The notes under the pieces are model-generated. The model saw only the letters and a list, made by a program, of their open reading frames with translations, made no database searches and was not told the origin of the DNA. The position numbers and the translations under genes are program-made. From assembly GCA_963765765.1 (NCBI GenBank), contig CAVXYC010000020.1, positions 224,001 through 288,000 on the forward strand: DNA of 64,000 bases, written 5' to 3'. This document shows positions 11,302 through 21,352 of the stretch, one piece after another. The stretch is from an uncultured Chloroflexia bacterium. GTDB taxonomy: Bacteria; Chloroflexota; UBA6077; JACCZL01. Each line of letters begins with the position of its first letter. Within the stretch, counting starts at the first letter, position 1.

Positions 11302-12450
11302 GTGGACGGACAGCTGGACGGCAGCGCCAGGATCGTCGTGATCGGCGTTGGCGGTGGCGGGAGCAACGCCGTCAACCGGATGATTCAGGCAGGCGTGCGT
11401 GGCGTTGAATTTGTCAGCGTCAACACGGACGCTCAGGCTCTTGCGCGCGCGGAGTCGCCTGTTCGCCTCCGCATCGGTGAAAAGCTTACTCGCGGCCTCG
11501 GCGCTGGCGGACAACCGTCCATGGGCGCACGCGCGGCAGAAGAAAGCGCCGAAATGGTGCAGGAGGTCTGTCGGGGCGCGGATATGGTGTTCATTGCGGC
11601 TGGGATGGGCGGCGGCACCGGAACTGGCGCATCACCAGTTATCGCGAGCCTGGCTCAGGAATGCGGGGCACTCGTCGTTGGTGTCGTCACCAAGCCCTTC
11701 ACGTTTGAAGGCGCTCGACGTCGCAATTCGGCGGAAGAGGGTATTCAGAAACTCAAATCACGCGTCAACACACTCATCACGATCCCCAATGACCGACTCC
11801 TCCAGATCATCGATAAGAAAACATCGCTCGAGCAGGCATTCTCGGTGGTGGACGATGTCCTGAGGCAGGGTATCCAGGGAATCTCAGAGCTCATCACCGA
11901 GCCAGGTCTCGTTAACCTCGACTTCGCGGACGTGAAGACGATCATGTCGGAGGCAGGGTCGGCCTTGATGGCCATCGGTCGAGGCGCAGGAGAGACGCGA
12001 GCGGCAGACGCGGCCCGTATGGCAATCTCCAGCCCGCTTCTCGATGTCTCGATGGAAGGCGCGCGTGGCGTACTCTTCAACATCACGGGTGGAGCGGATC
12101 TGACCCTGAGTGAGATACAGGACGCAGCTGACATCATTGGTAAGGCCGCCGACTCCGAGGCGAACATCATCTTCGGCGCAGTGATCGATCAAGCGCTGGG
12201 CAATGAAGTGAAGATCACCGTTATTGCTACCGGGTTCGATACAGACGTGCTGGCGCAACGGGGCTCGGAAAGCGCCCGAGAGCGGCCGCGAGAGCGTCAG
12301 AGTGAACCCGAGCGCGGACGTACTCGTCCCGAAACACTCCTCAGCGATTCACTGGCACTTGATCGGGACCCGGCCGAATATGCGCAGCTCCTGGATGCTG
12401 AAGACGATCTCGACCTCCCTCCGTGGGTACGCCGAAATCGACAGCGTTAG
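11302..12450 (+). CDS. ftsZ: Cell division GTPase FtsZ
   Basis: [13 protein letters not shown], tubulin motif GGGTGTG, NLDFAD, C-terminal peptide [10 protein letters not shown]; GTG 11302 follows GGAGG. Confidence 0.97.
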   Translation: MDGQLDGSARIVVIGVGGGGSNAVNRMIQAGVRGVEFVSVNTDAQALARAESPVRLRIGEKLTRGLGAGGQPSMGARAAEESAEMVQEVCRGADMVFIAAGMGGGTGTGASPVIASLAQECGALVVGVVTKPFTFEGARRRNSAEEGIQKLKSRVNTLITIPNDRLLQIIDKKTSLEQAFSVVDDVLRQGIQGISELITEPGLVNLDFADVKTIMSEAGSALMAIGRGAGETRAADAARMAISSPLLDVSMEGARGVLFNITGGADLTLSEIQDAADIIGKAADSEANIIFGAVIDQALGNEVKITVIATGFDTDVLAQRGSESARERPRERQSEPERGRTRPETLLSDSLALDRDPAEYAQLLDAEDDLDLPPWVRRNRQR

Positions 12451-12453
12451 TGA

Positions 12454-13233
12454 ATGGCGGCGCCGTCTCAGCCTGATCTCCCGCTATTTCAGTTCACTGC
12501 CATCCAGGCGATCAAACGTGTTACGCACGGCGTGACAACTCGTCATGGTGGCGTGAGCAGCGGACCGTACGGATCGCTCAACCTCAGCCTCTCCGTGCAC
12601 GACGACGAGGCCGCCGTTCTCGAAAACAAGCGCCGAGTCGCGGCGGCGTTCGGCACGTCACCTGAGGCGTTGCTGACCACGAAACAGGTCCATGGACGCT
12701 CTGTCGTTCCCGTGGAAGACGACTGGTGGTCGGTGGATGAGTCTCCGAAAGCGGATGCACTAATTACCGACCGACCGGGGCCGTTGCTGCTTCAGCGCTT
12801 TGCCGACTGTGTGCCAATTTTTTTCGCCGACTCAAATGGCGGCGCGATCGGTCTGGCCCACGCGGGTTGGCGCGGCACCGTTCAGAATGTCGGCGCTGCA
12901 ACTGTGCGGGCCCTGGAAGCGTCATATGGAACGAAACCCGGAGATTTGGTGGCTGGCATTGGGCCGTCCATCGGCCCATGCTGTTTCGAAGTAGGACATG
13001 AAGTCGCAGAGCAGTTTGGCGGGATGCCGAACGTCATCTTAAATATAGGGGAGAAGCCGCACATCGATCTGTGGGAAGCGAACCGAAGGGCCCTGGTCAC
13101 CGCGGGGGTGTCGCCAGAGGCCATCGAGGTTTCGTGCATCTGTACGCGATGCCGGCAGACGGACTATTTTTCCCATCGCGCTCTCGGCTATCCGGCTGGA
13201 CGTTTCGGCGGCGTTATCGGGCTCAGCTCATGA
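12454..13233 (+). CDS. pgeF: Peptidoglycan editing factor PgeF (YfiH/YlmD family)
   Basis: TTRHGGVS, QVHG, ADCVP, HAGWRG, IGPSIGPCCFEVG, FSHR; follows ftsZ. Confidence 0.93.
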   Translation: MAAPSQPDLPLFQFTAIQAIKRVTHGVTTRHGGVSSGPYGSLNLSLSVHDDEAAVLENKRRVAAAFGTSPEALLTTKQVHGRSVVPVEDDWWSVDESPKADALITDRPGPLLLQRFADCVPIFFADSNGGAIGLAHAGWRGTVQNVGAATVRALEASYGTKPGDLVAGIGPSIGPCCFEVGHEVAEQFGGMPNVILNIGEKPHIDLWEANRRALVTAGVSPEAIEVSCICTRCRQTDYFSHRALGYPAGRFGGVIGLSS

Positions 13234-13925
13234 CCGACCTCGCCGACAACCTGGCCAGGGTTCGCGAGGCGGTGGCCGAATCAGCTCTGGCGGCGGGACG
13301 ACGACCCGGCGACATCACCCTGGTTGGCGCATCCAAGACAGTGCCACCGGAGCGCGTCGCCGAGGCAGTTCAACTGGGCCTGACGGACCTTGGCGAGAAC
13401 TTTGTTCAGGAAGCAGAGTCGAAGATTCCGCGTGTGCGAGAGCTCACCGGCACGAGAGTGACCTGGCACATGATCGGCCATCTCCAGAGCAACAAGGCGA
13501 AAGCCGCGCTGGAGTACTTCGACGTAGTCGAGACGGTGGACTCGCCCCGACTCGCCTCTGTCCTAAGTCGACGTGCTGAAGCAAGATCTGTGAATGCCCT
13601 GATAGAGGTGTACGTAGGCAACGAGGCGGACCGACCTGGGATCAGGCCCGAGAATCTCGAGCATGCTTACTCTGCAATGCTCGAGCTACCGAATCTGGAT
13701 GTGCTAGGCCTGATGACCGTTGCTCCTCTGGGTCTGGATAACGTTCAGACTCAGGCCGTGTTCCGTCAAGTTCGCGAGCTTCGCGATAGACTGCGCGATG
13801 CCCATCCTGAGCATGATCTCGAGACGCTCTCAATGGGTATGACTGAGGATTTCCCACTGGCGATACTCGAGGGCGCGACGGCTGTACGGGTTGGGCGCGC
13901 CATCTTTGGAGCACGACCATCCTAG
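13230..13925 (+). CDS. yggS: PLP homeostasis protein (YggS family)
   Basis: LVGASK, GENFVQE, WHMIGHLQSNK, GLMT, LSMGMTEDF, VRVGRAIFG; ATGA overlap with pgeF. Confidence 0.94.
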   Translation: MTDLADNLARVREAVAESALAAGRRPGDITLVGASKTVPPERVAEAVQLGLTDLGENFVQEAESKIPRVRELTGTRVTWHMIGHLQSNKAKAALEYFDVVETVDSPRLASVLSRRAEARSVNALIEVYVGNEADRPGIRPENLEHAYSAMLELPNLDVLGLMTVAPLGLDNVQTQAVFRQVRELRDRLRDAHPEHDLETLSMGMTEDFPLAILEGATAVRVGRAIFGARPS

Positions 13926-14191
13926 CCTCCTTCCTGATCTCATTTATTGACATCCTTTTTCTCGCGCTCAACCTGGCAATCCTGGGCCGAATCATCATGA
14001 GCTGGATTGCACCAAACAGCGAAGGTCCGATTGCGCGCGTGCTCTTTGACGTCACGGAGCCGATCCTCGGCCCGTTCAGGAAAATCATTCCGCGCATCGG
14101 GATGCTCGACATCTCACCGATGGTCGCGATTATGGTGATGCAGCTCGTGGAGCAAGCACTCAGGGGCATTCTGAGGTCTTTCGCGATCTGA
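13919..14191 (+). CDS. yggT: YggT-family membrane protein (start uncertain; first ATG is at 13997)
   Basis: IIMSW...VTEPILGPFRKIIPRIGMLDISP signature; an in-frame hydrophobic helix extends upstream to ATC 13919. Confidence 0.85.
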   Translation: MLASFLISFIDILFLALNLAILGRIIMSWIAPNSEGPIARVLFDVTEPILGPFRKIIPRIGMLDISPMVAIMVMQLVEQALRGILRSFAI

Positions 14192-14261
14192 CCATCCATC
14201 GCGAAAGTGGACGATTGCCTGAACATCAGGGGACGGCGACGACCAATCGTAGTGGTGTCCG

Positions 14262-14885
14262 TTAGGAAAAGTTCTCCTTGAGCGCCCGCTCAAAGATTGG
14301 CTTGTTCACGACCATGACCTGGTGAAGCGCCTCGAGCCCCTGGTCTCCCCGGCGAAAGAGGTGGCGCACTGGCTCATAGCGCGGAGCGGTGAGTACTTTC
14401 GCCGTCGTTCGTAGTCGATCCCAGTACTCATTGACCTTCCGGAATCCTAGCCGCTCGTACAGGTGCATCGCGCGACCATTAAAAACCGCGACGCTGAGGT
14501 ACATCCGATCGAATCCAAGAGATCCGAAGAAGTACTCCATGAAGGTCGTCAGCGAGTCGGTGCCATATCCGCGGTTCAGAAACTCGGGCCGCAAATCGAT
14601 GCCCAGCGTAGCGGACCCTTCAGGTCGGTGACGGTGGCGTAAGAAAATGCGTCCGATGAGCTCTCCTTTGAGATCGTCCACGGCGAACGGAAGCTGCGCC
14701 TGCCGACCCACAAGGTCCTCAAACCAGGCGTCCCGCATTCCGGCGGACATTGACGGCGGATTATAGGCCTCGAAGAGCGGATCGCGGTGGGGCGGCCACT
14801 CGATCCAGCGGTCCACATCAGCTCGAGTGAACCGCCGAATCCGCGTTTTCTCGCCGATTGCTACATAGTCAGTCTGAACGGCCAA
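14262..14885 (-). CDS. GNAT-family N-acetyltransferase (RimJ/RimL-like)
   Basis: LGIDLRPEFLNRGYG acetyl-CoA motif and NGRAMHLYERLGF; start placed at TTG 14885, overlapping the DUF167 stop. Confidence 0.8.
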   Translation of the reverse strand: MAVQTDYVAIGEKTRIRRFTRADVDRWIEWPPHRDPLFEAYNPPSMSAGMRDAWFEDLVGRQAQLPFAVDDLKGELIGRIFLRHRHRPEGSATLGIDLRPEFLNRGYGTDSLTTFMEYFFGSLGFDRMYLSVAVFNGRAMHLYERLGFRKVNEYWDRLRTTAKVLTAPRYEPVRHLFRRGDQGLEALHQVMVVNKPIFERALKENFS

Positions 14886-15144
14886 GTCGCAGCAGCCTTT
14901 CCAATACGGTACCCTCGGCATCATCGATCGCAACGACTTTTGCTCGCCCGTGTGCTCCACGGATGATCTGCACGGCGGAACGCCGGATCGACAGAGCGTC
15001 GCTCAACGCGCGCTCGATTCCCTCATTTGCCCGCCCATCCTGCGCCGATGCTCGCACCCAGACCTGCACCGTATCAGGAGCTACCAGGCGCACTTCTTCC
15101 CGCCGTGCATTGGGATGCGCGCGGACGTTGAGATACACCGTCAA
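14869..15144 (-). CDS. DUF167 (YggU/UPF0235) family protein
   Basis: VRAHPNAR, AQDGRAN, IIRGAHGRAKVV pattern; 91 aa. Confidence 0.85.
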   Translation of the reverse strand: MTVYLNVRAHPNARREEVRLVAPDTVQVWVRASAQDGRANEGIERALSDALSIRRSAVQIIRGAHGRAKVVAIDDAEGTVLERLLRLGRSD

Positions 15145-15265
15145 CGCTTCCTCGCGGCGCGCGGCACCCCGCCAATGAGGCGTTCGCGGTCAAGGCCCAC
15201 AGAGGGCCCATGATATACTTCCTTCCCGGCCAGAGCGCCGGGAATCTCATTTTTGGAGACTATCG

Positions 15266-16531
15266 TTGTTTCGCTCTCCGCGAGGCACGCAAGACGTTCT
15301 ACCCGAAGATAGCCACTATTGGCGCTTCGTCGAGGAACAGGCGCGTCGCCACGCTGTCCGCTGTGGTTATGGCGAGATCCGTACCCCGACGATAGAGGAA
15401 ACCGCATTGTTTCTTCGTGGTGTCGGAGAAGGAACGGACATCGTCGATAAGGAAATCTACTCATTCAAGGACAAAGGCGACAACGATCTAGCGCTTCGCG
15501 CCGAAGGCACCGCCCCGGTCATGCGGGCCTATCTTCAGCATAATCTCCAGCAACAACCAACACCCGTACGCCTCTTCTCTTTGATCAACGCGTTCCGGTA
15601 CGACCGACCGCAGGCTGGTCGGTATCGCGAGTTCCATCAGTTCAATTGCGAGGCGATTGGCGATACCGATCCCCTAGTAGACGCGGAGATAGTCTTGTTA
15701 CTCTGGGACTTCCTCAATGGCGTAGGGCTCCAGAATCTGACGGTCCAGCTCAACAGCATCGGCGACAACACATGTCGACCAGCGTACAAGCAGGCCTTAC
15801 TTGAGTATTTCTCCAGCCACGAGTCGGAGCTCTGTGATGATTGTCGACGGAGACTTTCGACAAATCCAATGCGCATTCTGGATTGCAAAAATCCTCGCTG
15901 CGAGCCGGTCATCTCCAAGGCGCCTAGAACGATCGACTACTTGAGTCCCGAGTGCCAGGAGCACTTCGATCGGGTGCAAGAGTACCTGACGATCCGTGAG
16001 GTCCCGTTCCAGATCAATCCAAAGCTCGTGCGGGGACTGGATTACTACACGCACACGGTGTTTGAAGTTTGGCCGGCCACAGTGGGCGCACAGTCTGCCT
16101 TGGGTGGCGGTGGCCGTTACGACGGTCTGGCCGAGCAGATTGGCGGCCCAGCAACGCCCGGAGTTGGTTTCGCCACGGGTTTGGAGCGCGTAATTCTCAA
16201 TCTGAAGGAACAGGGTGTCGAGCCTCCAAAAGAGCCCGCGGTGCAGGTGTACTTCGTGGTGATGGACGAGGAAGGCCGCAAGCAGGCGCTTCGACTTGCA
16301 ACGCGGCTCCGCGCCGATGAGGTGCCCAGCACCATCGCGCCGAGAGGGAAGAGTGTACGCGCCCAGATGCGCCAGGCAAATGCGCTGGGCGCTCGGTACG
16401 CCGCGATCCTGGGCGGCGATGAATTACAGGCCCAGGAAGTCACGTTGCGGAACCTCACCCAACAAGAGGAGAGCCGTCTGCCCTATGACGAATCAATAGC
16501 CCTACTGACCGCGGCGAGCAAGAAGGACTGA
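15266..16531 (+). CDS. hisS: Histidine--tRNA ligase
   Basis: PRGTQD, TDIVDKE, LRAEGTA, FRYDRPQAGRYREFHQ, LVRGLDYY, GGGRYDGL. Confidence 0.97.
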   Translation: MFRSPRGTQDVLPEDSHYWRFVEEQARRHAVRCGYGEIRTPTIEETALFLRGVGEGTDIVDKEIYSFKDKGDNDLALRAEGTAPVMRAYLQHNLQQQPTPVRLFSLINAFRYDRPQAGRYREFHQFNCEAIGDTDPLVDAEIVLLLWDFLNGVGLQNLTVQLNSIGDNTCRPAYKQALLEYFSSHESELCDDCRRRLSTNPMRILDCKNPRCEPVISKAPRTIDYLSPECQEHFDRVQEYLTIREVPFQINPKLVRGLDYYTHTVFEVWPATVGAQSALGGGGRYDGLAEQIGGPATPGVGFATGLERVILNLKEQGVEPPKEPAVQVYFVVMDEEGRKQALRLATRLRADEVPSTIAPRGKSVRAQMRQANALGARYAAILGGDELQAQEVTLRNLTQQEESRLPYDESIALLTAASKKD

Positions 16532-16536
16532 TCATC

Positions 16537-17625
16537 ATGGCTGAATCAGTTTCGCGCGACGCGGTATTGGCCCGGCTGGCGGAGATGCGAGATCGCTACA
16601 CAGAGATCATCACGGAGATGAGCTCACCGGAGGCGGCGACCGATCCGCAAACGATGCAGCGACTTGGCCGTCAGCAATCGGAGCTTTCTCCAACTGTCTC
16701 ACTCTACGAACGATATCTGGCGATCCAGCAAGAGATCGACGAGGCTCAATCCATGTTGGACGACGGAGCCGACGCCGAGATGAAGGCGTTTGTGCGCGAG
16801 GAGATCGAGCGTCTGGAAGCTGAGCGGGGTCCGATCTTTGAGCAGCTCGCTGATGTGCTTCGGCCACGCGATCCGAATGATTCGCGTGATGTGATCATGG
16901 AGATACGGGCGGGTACAGGCGGTGAAGAAGCCTCCCTCTTTGCGGGTGATCTGCTGCGTATGTACCTCCGCTACGCTGAGGTACGTGGCTGGAAATCCGA
17001 GGTCATGAATACGAACGGGACCGATCTCGGCGGTATCAAAGAGGTCACGGTCGAGATTCGTGGGCTCGGTGCCTTCTCTCGCCTCAAATACGAGAGTGGC
17101 GTTCATCGGGTGCAGCGCGTGCCCGCCACAGAGGCCAGTGGGCGAATTCACACCTCCACCGCGACGGTTGCCGTGCTGCCCGAGGCCGATGAGGTCGATG
17201 TGCAGATCAACGATGAGGATCTCAAGATCGACGTGTACCGAGCAGGCGGCCACGGTGGCCAGAGTGTGAATACCACCGACTCCGCGGTACGAATCACCCA
17301 CATTCCTACGGGCGAAGTTGTGATCTGCCAGGATGAGCGGTCACAACTCAAGAACAAGCTCAAGGCGATGGCCGTGCTGCGTTCCCGCCTATATGAGCAT
17401 GAAATTCGTCGACAGCACGAGAGCACCGACCAGATGCGGCGCTCAATGGTGGGCTCAGGCGAGCGCGCTGAGAAAATTCGGACGTACAACTTCCCGCAGA
17501 ATCGAATTACCGACCATCGAATCGGACTCACGCTGCACAATCTCAACGAGGCTCTTGAAGGTGGCATAGACCCTATGGTCGATGCGCTCTCTGTCGCAGC
17601 CGAGCGTGAGGCAACCGCCGTCTGA
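16537..17625 (+). CDS. prfA: Peptide chain release factor 1
   Basis: GTGGEEA, PAT tripeptide (RVPATE), GGQ motif, IRTYNFPQ. Confidence 0.97.
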   Translation: MAESVSRDAVLARLAEMRDRYTEIITEMSSPEAATDPQTMQRLGRQQSELSPTVSLYERYLAIQQEIDEAQSMLDDGADAEMKAFVREEIERLEAERGPIFEQLADVLRPRDPNDSRDVIMEIRAGTGGEEASLFAGDLLRMYLRYAEVRGWKSEVMNTNGTDLGGIKEVTVEIRGLGAFSRLKYESGVHRVQRVPATEASGRIHTSTATVAVLPEADEVDVQINDEDLKIDVYRAGGHGGQSVNTTDSAVRITHIPTGEVVICQDERSQLKNKLKAMAVLRSRLYEHEIRRQHESTDQMRRSMVGSGERAEKIRTYNFPQNRITDHRIGLTLHNLNEALEGGIDPMVDALSVAAEREATAV

Positions 17626-17631
17626 CCGCTC

Positions 17632-18495
17632 ATGTCAGTGATGACTGAGGTGATCGCTAGCTCCTTCAGGCGCTCCGCCGAGCATTTACGCCTCGCAGGT
17701 GTCACTGACTCTGCTCTTGAAGCACGGCTTCTCCTGGAGCATGCGCTCGATCGCGATCGTTCATGGATACTGGCGCATCCGGAGATCCCGCTCTCTACGG
17801 ATCAAGAAGGTCGGCTTGCCGATCTCGTCACACGTCGATCGCGTGGAGAGCCAATCGCCTACATCCTTGGGCGGCGTGAGTTCTATGGCATGAATTTTTA
17901 TGTCGACCGGCGAGTACTGATTCCCCGTCCCGAGACGGAGGTTCTCGTGGACGAGATCCTCCGAGTCTCGATGGCAAGGTCAACGAGCGTACACATCGTC
18001 GATGTGGGAACGGGATCCGGCGCAATTGCGCTTGCGGTCGCGGCGCACCTGCCAGAAGCGAAAGTCACAGGAGTGGATTGCTCCGCCGATGCACTAGAGG
18101 TTGCTAAGCTGAACGCACATCAACTCGGTCTGATCGATCGCGTCACCCTCATCCAAGGCGATCTACTTTCCTGGATGCAAGAGCCCGTGGACATAGTCGT
18201 GGCAAACCTGCCGTATATTCCGAAGGAAACGGTGCCACAGCTGCCGTTGGGAGTGCGCGAGTATGAACCGACGTTGGCGCTCGACGGCGGTGTTGGCGGG
18301 CTCGCGCTTAACCTCAATCTAATCGGGCAGATAACTGGGCGCGTTAAGTCGGGTGGCCACGTATTCCTGGAATGTGAGCCTTTTCAGATCTCGGACCTAT
18401 CGCTCGCAGCCCAGTCGTCTGTGACCGGTGCCATCGTCTGCGCGCTACTGGACGGCTTTGGCCACGAGCGCTTCATTCACGTGACGGTGCCCTGA
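17632..18495 (+). CDS. prmC: Release factor glutamine methyltransferase
   Basis: GEPIAYI, VLIPRPETE, DVGTGSG, NLPY; follows prfA. Confidence 0.95.
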   Translation: MSVMTEVIASSFRRSAEHLRLAGVTDSALEARLLLEHALDRDRSWILAHPEIPLSTDQEGRLADLVTRRSRGEPIAYILGRREFYGMNFYVDRRVLIPRPETEVLVDEILRVSMARSTSVHIVDVGTGSGAIALAVAAHLPEAKVTGVDCSADALEVAKLNAHQLGLIDRVTLIQGDLLSWMQEPVDIVVANLPYIPKETVPQLPLGVREYEPTLALDGGVGGLALNLNLIGQITGRVKSGGHVFLECEPFQISDLSLAAQSSVTGAIVCALLDGFGHERFIHVTVP

Positions 18496-19154
18496 TGAGC
18501 GAGCTCGTTCCGACCATCTGCAAATGGCCCGCGGATTCCGAGGCGCAAGTATCCTTGATTCAGCGCACAGCGGAGATCCTGGCGGACGGAGGGCTGGTAG
18601 TCTTTCCCACTGACACCGTCTATGGAATCGCAGCCGATCCTTTCAATACGGCCGCCGTGGAGCACATTTTCCTGGTGAAGCAACGCCCTTCGGAGAAGCG
18701 CATCGCCCTGCTAGTCAGTGGTCCGGAGAACTTGGAGCGGCTTGCTACAAACGTTCCCGCGGAAGCTCGCCTACTAGCCCAGGCGGCTTGGCCCGGCGCA
18801 CTCACCATCGTCCTCGAGTGCTCGCGACCCGAGCTGGGCCCTACCATCGCGCTGCGCTGGCCCGACCATGAAGTACCCACACGCATCGCTATGGCCTTTG
18901 ACTCACCAATAGCAACCACAAGTGCAAATTTATCCTCGTTACCCAGCCCACGCACCGCTGAGGATGTTCTGGTGCAGCTTCCGTCTGGCTACGAACTGCT
19001 GATCGATGGCGGCGAGACTCCCGGTGGCGTCGACTCCACAGTGATCGACTTCTCATCGGGCGAGCCTAAACTTCTGCGTAGAGGTGGCTTGGAGAGAAGC
19101 CTCATAGTTAGGGCGCTAGGTGCAGAAGCGACCTCGCGCCTGCTGGACTCTTAG
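18495..19154 (+). CDS. tsaC: L-threonylcarbamoyladenylate synthase (YrdC/TsaC, short form)
   Basis: FPTDTVYG, KQRP, WPGALT, TSANLS, STVID. Confidence 0.94.
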   Translation: MSELVPTICKWPADSEAQVSLIQRTAEILADGGLVVFPTDTVYGIAADPFNTAAVEHIFLVKQRPSEKRIALLVSGPENLERLATNVPAEARLLAQAAWPGALTIVLECSRPELGPTIALRWPDHEVPTRIAMAFDSPIATTSANLSSLPSPRTAEDVLVQLPSGYELLIDGGETPGGVDSTVIDFSSGEPKLLRRGGLERSLIVRALGAEATSRLLDS

Positions 19155-19161
19155 GCTCAGC

Positions 19162-19255
19162 GTAGTGGCGTCCCTTTGCGCGCGCCACCCAGGTAGCCCA
19201 AACCCGCGATGATTAATGGCGATTTCCAGGTGTCTCCCGTAACGGGAGGCACTAT
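19162..19255. repeat. Degenerate inverted pair of GTAG-type REP-like palindromes
   Basis: GTAGTGGCGTCCCTTTGCGCGCGCCAC (+) and ATAGTGCCTCCCGTTACGGGAGACAC (-) are each hairpins and similar to each other; between convergent tsaC and argD. Confidence 0.45.
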
Positions 19256-19277
19256 ATGTATCGTTTGCGCTTGGCAA

Positions 19278-20465
19278 CTAGGCTACGACGGCCTGGATCG
19301 AAGCATCCAACAGCGCCACTGCCTCATCGGCCTCGGCTTCGGTGAGCACCAGTGGGGGCATGAGACGGACCGCGTTAGGGAGCGGACTGTTCATTATGAA
19401 TCCACGCTCCAGGGCGGCATTCAGAAGGTCTGCGCCGATCTCCTGCTCAAACTCCACCGCGAGTAGCAGTCCGCGACCGCGAACGTCGGTGATGAATGGA
19501 TACTTGGTGCGCAGGTCGCTCAATTTTGACTTGAGGTAGCCACCCACCTTAGCCACGTGACTGGGAAGATCTTCGTCCACTACGTAGTTGAAGACTGCCG
19601 CGGCCACGGCACAGAGAAGCGAATTACCGCCATAGGTGGAGCCGTGATCGCCGTACTCCAGAACGCTGAACTCTTCCTTTGCCATGAACGCGCCCACGGA
19701 CACACCGCCGCCCATGCCCTTGGCAAGTGTCATCACATCGGGCTCTACGCCAAATTGCGTGTGGCCCCACAGTGTCCCAAGCCGGCCAACACCCGTTTGC
19801 ACTTCATCTGCGATGAAGAGGATCTTCTTGGCCGTGCAGAGCTCACGGACCTGCCGAAGGTACTCTGAGTCGGCTTCATTGACCCCGCCTTCGCCCTGGA
19901 CGACTTCCAGCATCACCGCCGCGGTCGTGCTATCACAGGCCGATTCCAACGCGTCAATGTCGTTGTATGGAATGTTCTGGAAGCCATCCGGAAGTGGCGT
20001 GAAGTCTTTCTGGTAGGCGGGCTTGCCCGTGGCAGCCACCATGGACAGCGTACGACCGTGGAAGGAGTGGTCCATCGACACGACCTTGTAGGCGCCGTTC
20101 AAAACCTTCTTGCCGTACTTCCGAGCTAGCTTGATGGCTCCCTCATTCGCCTCGGCTCCGCTGTTCCCAATGAAGCAGCGATCCATCGGTGAGTTGCGGA
20201 CGAGCGTGTCCGCAAGCTCAAGCTGCGGGATTGTGTAGACCTGGTTGGACGCGAGGAAAAGCTTGTGCGCCTGCTTGTCCAGCGCCTCGATCATGAGAGG
20301 GTGGCAATGGCCGAGCGTATTGACAGCCCAACCGCCAATGAAATCGAGATAGCGCTTGCCGTTGGTGTCCCACACCCACACGCCCTCGCCTCGCTCGATG
20401 ACGATGGGCATTCGTTTGGCGACTCGGAAATACCGTTCTGCCTCGAGTTGAATCCAGTCTGTCAT
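19278..20465 (-). CDS. argD: Acetylornithine aminotransferase
   Basis: NSGAEANE, SFHGRT, EVVQGEGG, DEVQTG, TLAKGMGGG, HGSTYGGN; last gene of the arg operon. Confidence 0.95.
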   Translation of the reverse strand: MTDWIQLEAERYFRVAKRMPIVIERGEGVWVWDTNGKRYLDFIGGWAVNTLGHCHPLMIEALDKQAHKLFLASNQVYTIPQLELADTLVRNSPMDRCFIGNSGAEANEGAIKLARKYGKKVLNGAYKVVSMDHSFHGRTLSMVAATGKPAYQKDFTPLPDGFQNIPYNDIDALESACDSTTAAVMLEVVQGEGGVNEADSEYLRQVRELCTAKKILFIADEVQTGVGRLGTLWGHTQFGVEPDVMTLAKGMGGGVSVGAFMAKEEFSVLEYGDHGSTYGGNSLLCAVAAAVFNYVVDEDLPSHVAKVGGYLKSKLSDLRTKYPFITDVRGRGLLLAVEFEQEIGADLLNAALERGFIMNSPLPNAVRLMPPLVLTEAEADEAVALLDASIQAVVA

Positions 20466-20489
20466 CGATACACCCTTCCGTGCATGAGC

Positions 20490-21341
20490 CTAGGACGCGC
20501 CGGCCGCGTCGGTCGTAAACATTGTTCCCACAGCTTCATCGGTGAGCAGGCCACGCAGCAACGCGTTGGGCACGCGGCCATCCATGATATGTGCCTCAGT
20601 GACTGTGTCGAGGGCGCGCACGCACGCTTCCACTTTTGGAATCATGCCACCATGAATCTCGCCCGAGCCGATGAGGTCCCATACCTGATCAGATGATAAC
20701 TCGGGCATCAGCTTGCCATCTCTGTTCAGCACCCCCGGGACGTCCGTAAAAAAAACCAGCTTCTCAGCATGGAGCGCGCGCGCTATGTCGCCAGCAACAG
20801 TGTCCGCATTGATGTTCAGCGGCCGTCCATCCTCGTTGCGCCCGACAGGAGCCACGACCACGAGATATCCCGCCTCCTGCATTGCGCGCAGAGGTCGAAG
20901 GTCGATATTTACAACGTCGCCCACGAGGCCAAGCTTTGCGTCCCGCACCGTGGCCTGAATCAAGGCGCCATCCAGACCGGAGAGACCAACAGTTGGTACG
21001 CCAAGCGCGGAGAACCCTCCGACGAGATCTGAGTTGACGAGCCCAATCAGGACTGCGCGCACGACATCGAGCGTCTGCTCGTCCGTGAACCGCCGGCCAT
21101 CAACGAACCGTGTCTCATATCCCAACCGGCCCTGCCAGTCGGAGATCATTGGACCTCCACCGTGGACCACAACCGTGTGGATGCCCATCCGGTGAAGCAC
21201 CGCTATGTCTTCCAGAATCCACGGCTCAATGCCGACGCTACCGCCCACCTTGAGCACAATCGTCTTTCCGACGAAATGCGCGATACGTGGCAGGGCACCG
21301 CGCAATGACTCGAACCCCTGCCCCTCCATAACGGATGACAT
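20490..21341 (-). CDS. argB: Acetylglutamate kinase
   Basis: KVGG, VHGGGP, NINAD, TDVPGV, GGMIPKV; ATG 21341 follows GAGAGG. Confidence 0.95.
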   Translation of the reverse strand: MSSVMEGQGFESLRGALPRIAHFVGKTIVLKVGGSVGIEPWILEDIAVLHRMGIHTVVVHGGGPMISDWQGRLGYETRFVDGRRFTDEQTLDVVRAVLIGLVNSDLVGGFSALGVPTVGLSGLDGALIQATVRDAKLGLVGDVVNIDLRPLRAMQEAGYLVVVAPVGRNEDGRPLNINADTVAGDIARALHAEKLVFFTDVPGVLNRDGKLMPELSSDQVWDLIGSGEIHGGMIPKVEACVRALDTVTEAHIMDGRVPNALLRGLLTDEAVGTMFTTDAAGAS

Positions 21342-21352
21342 CCAAACGCCTC

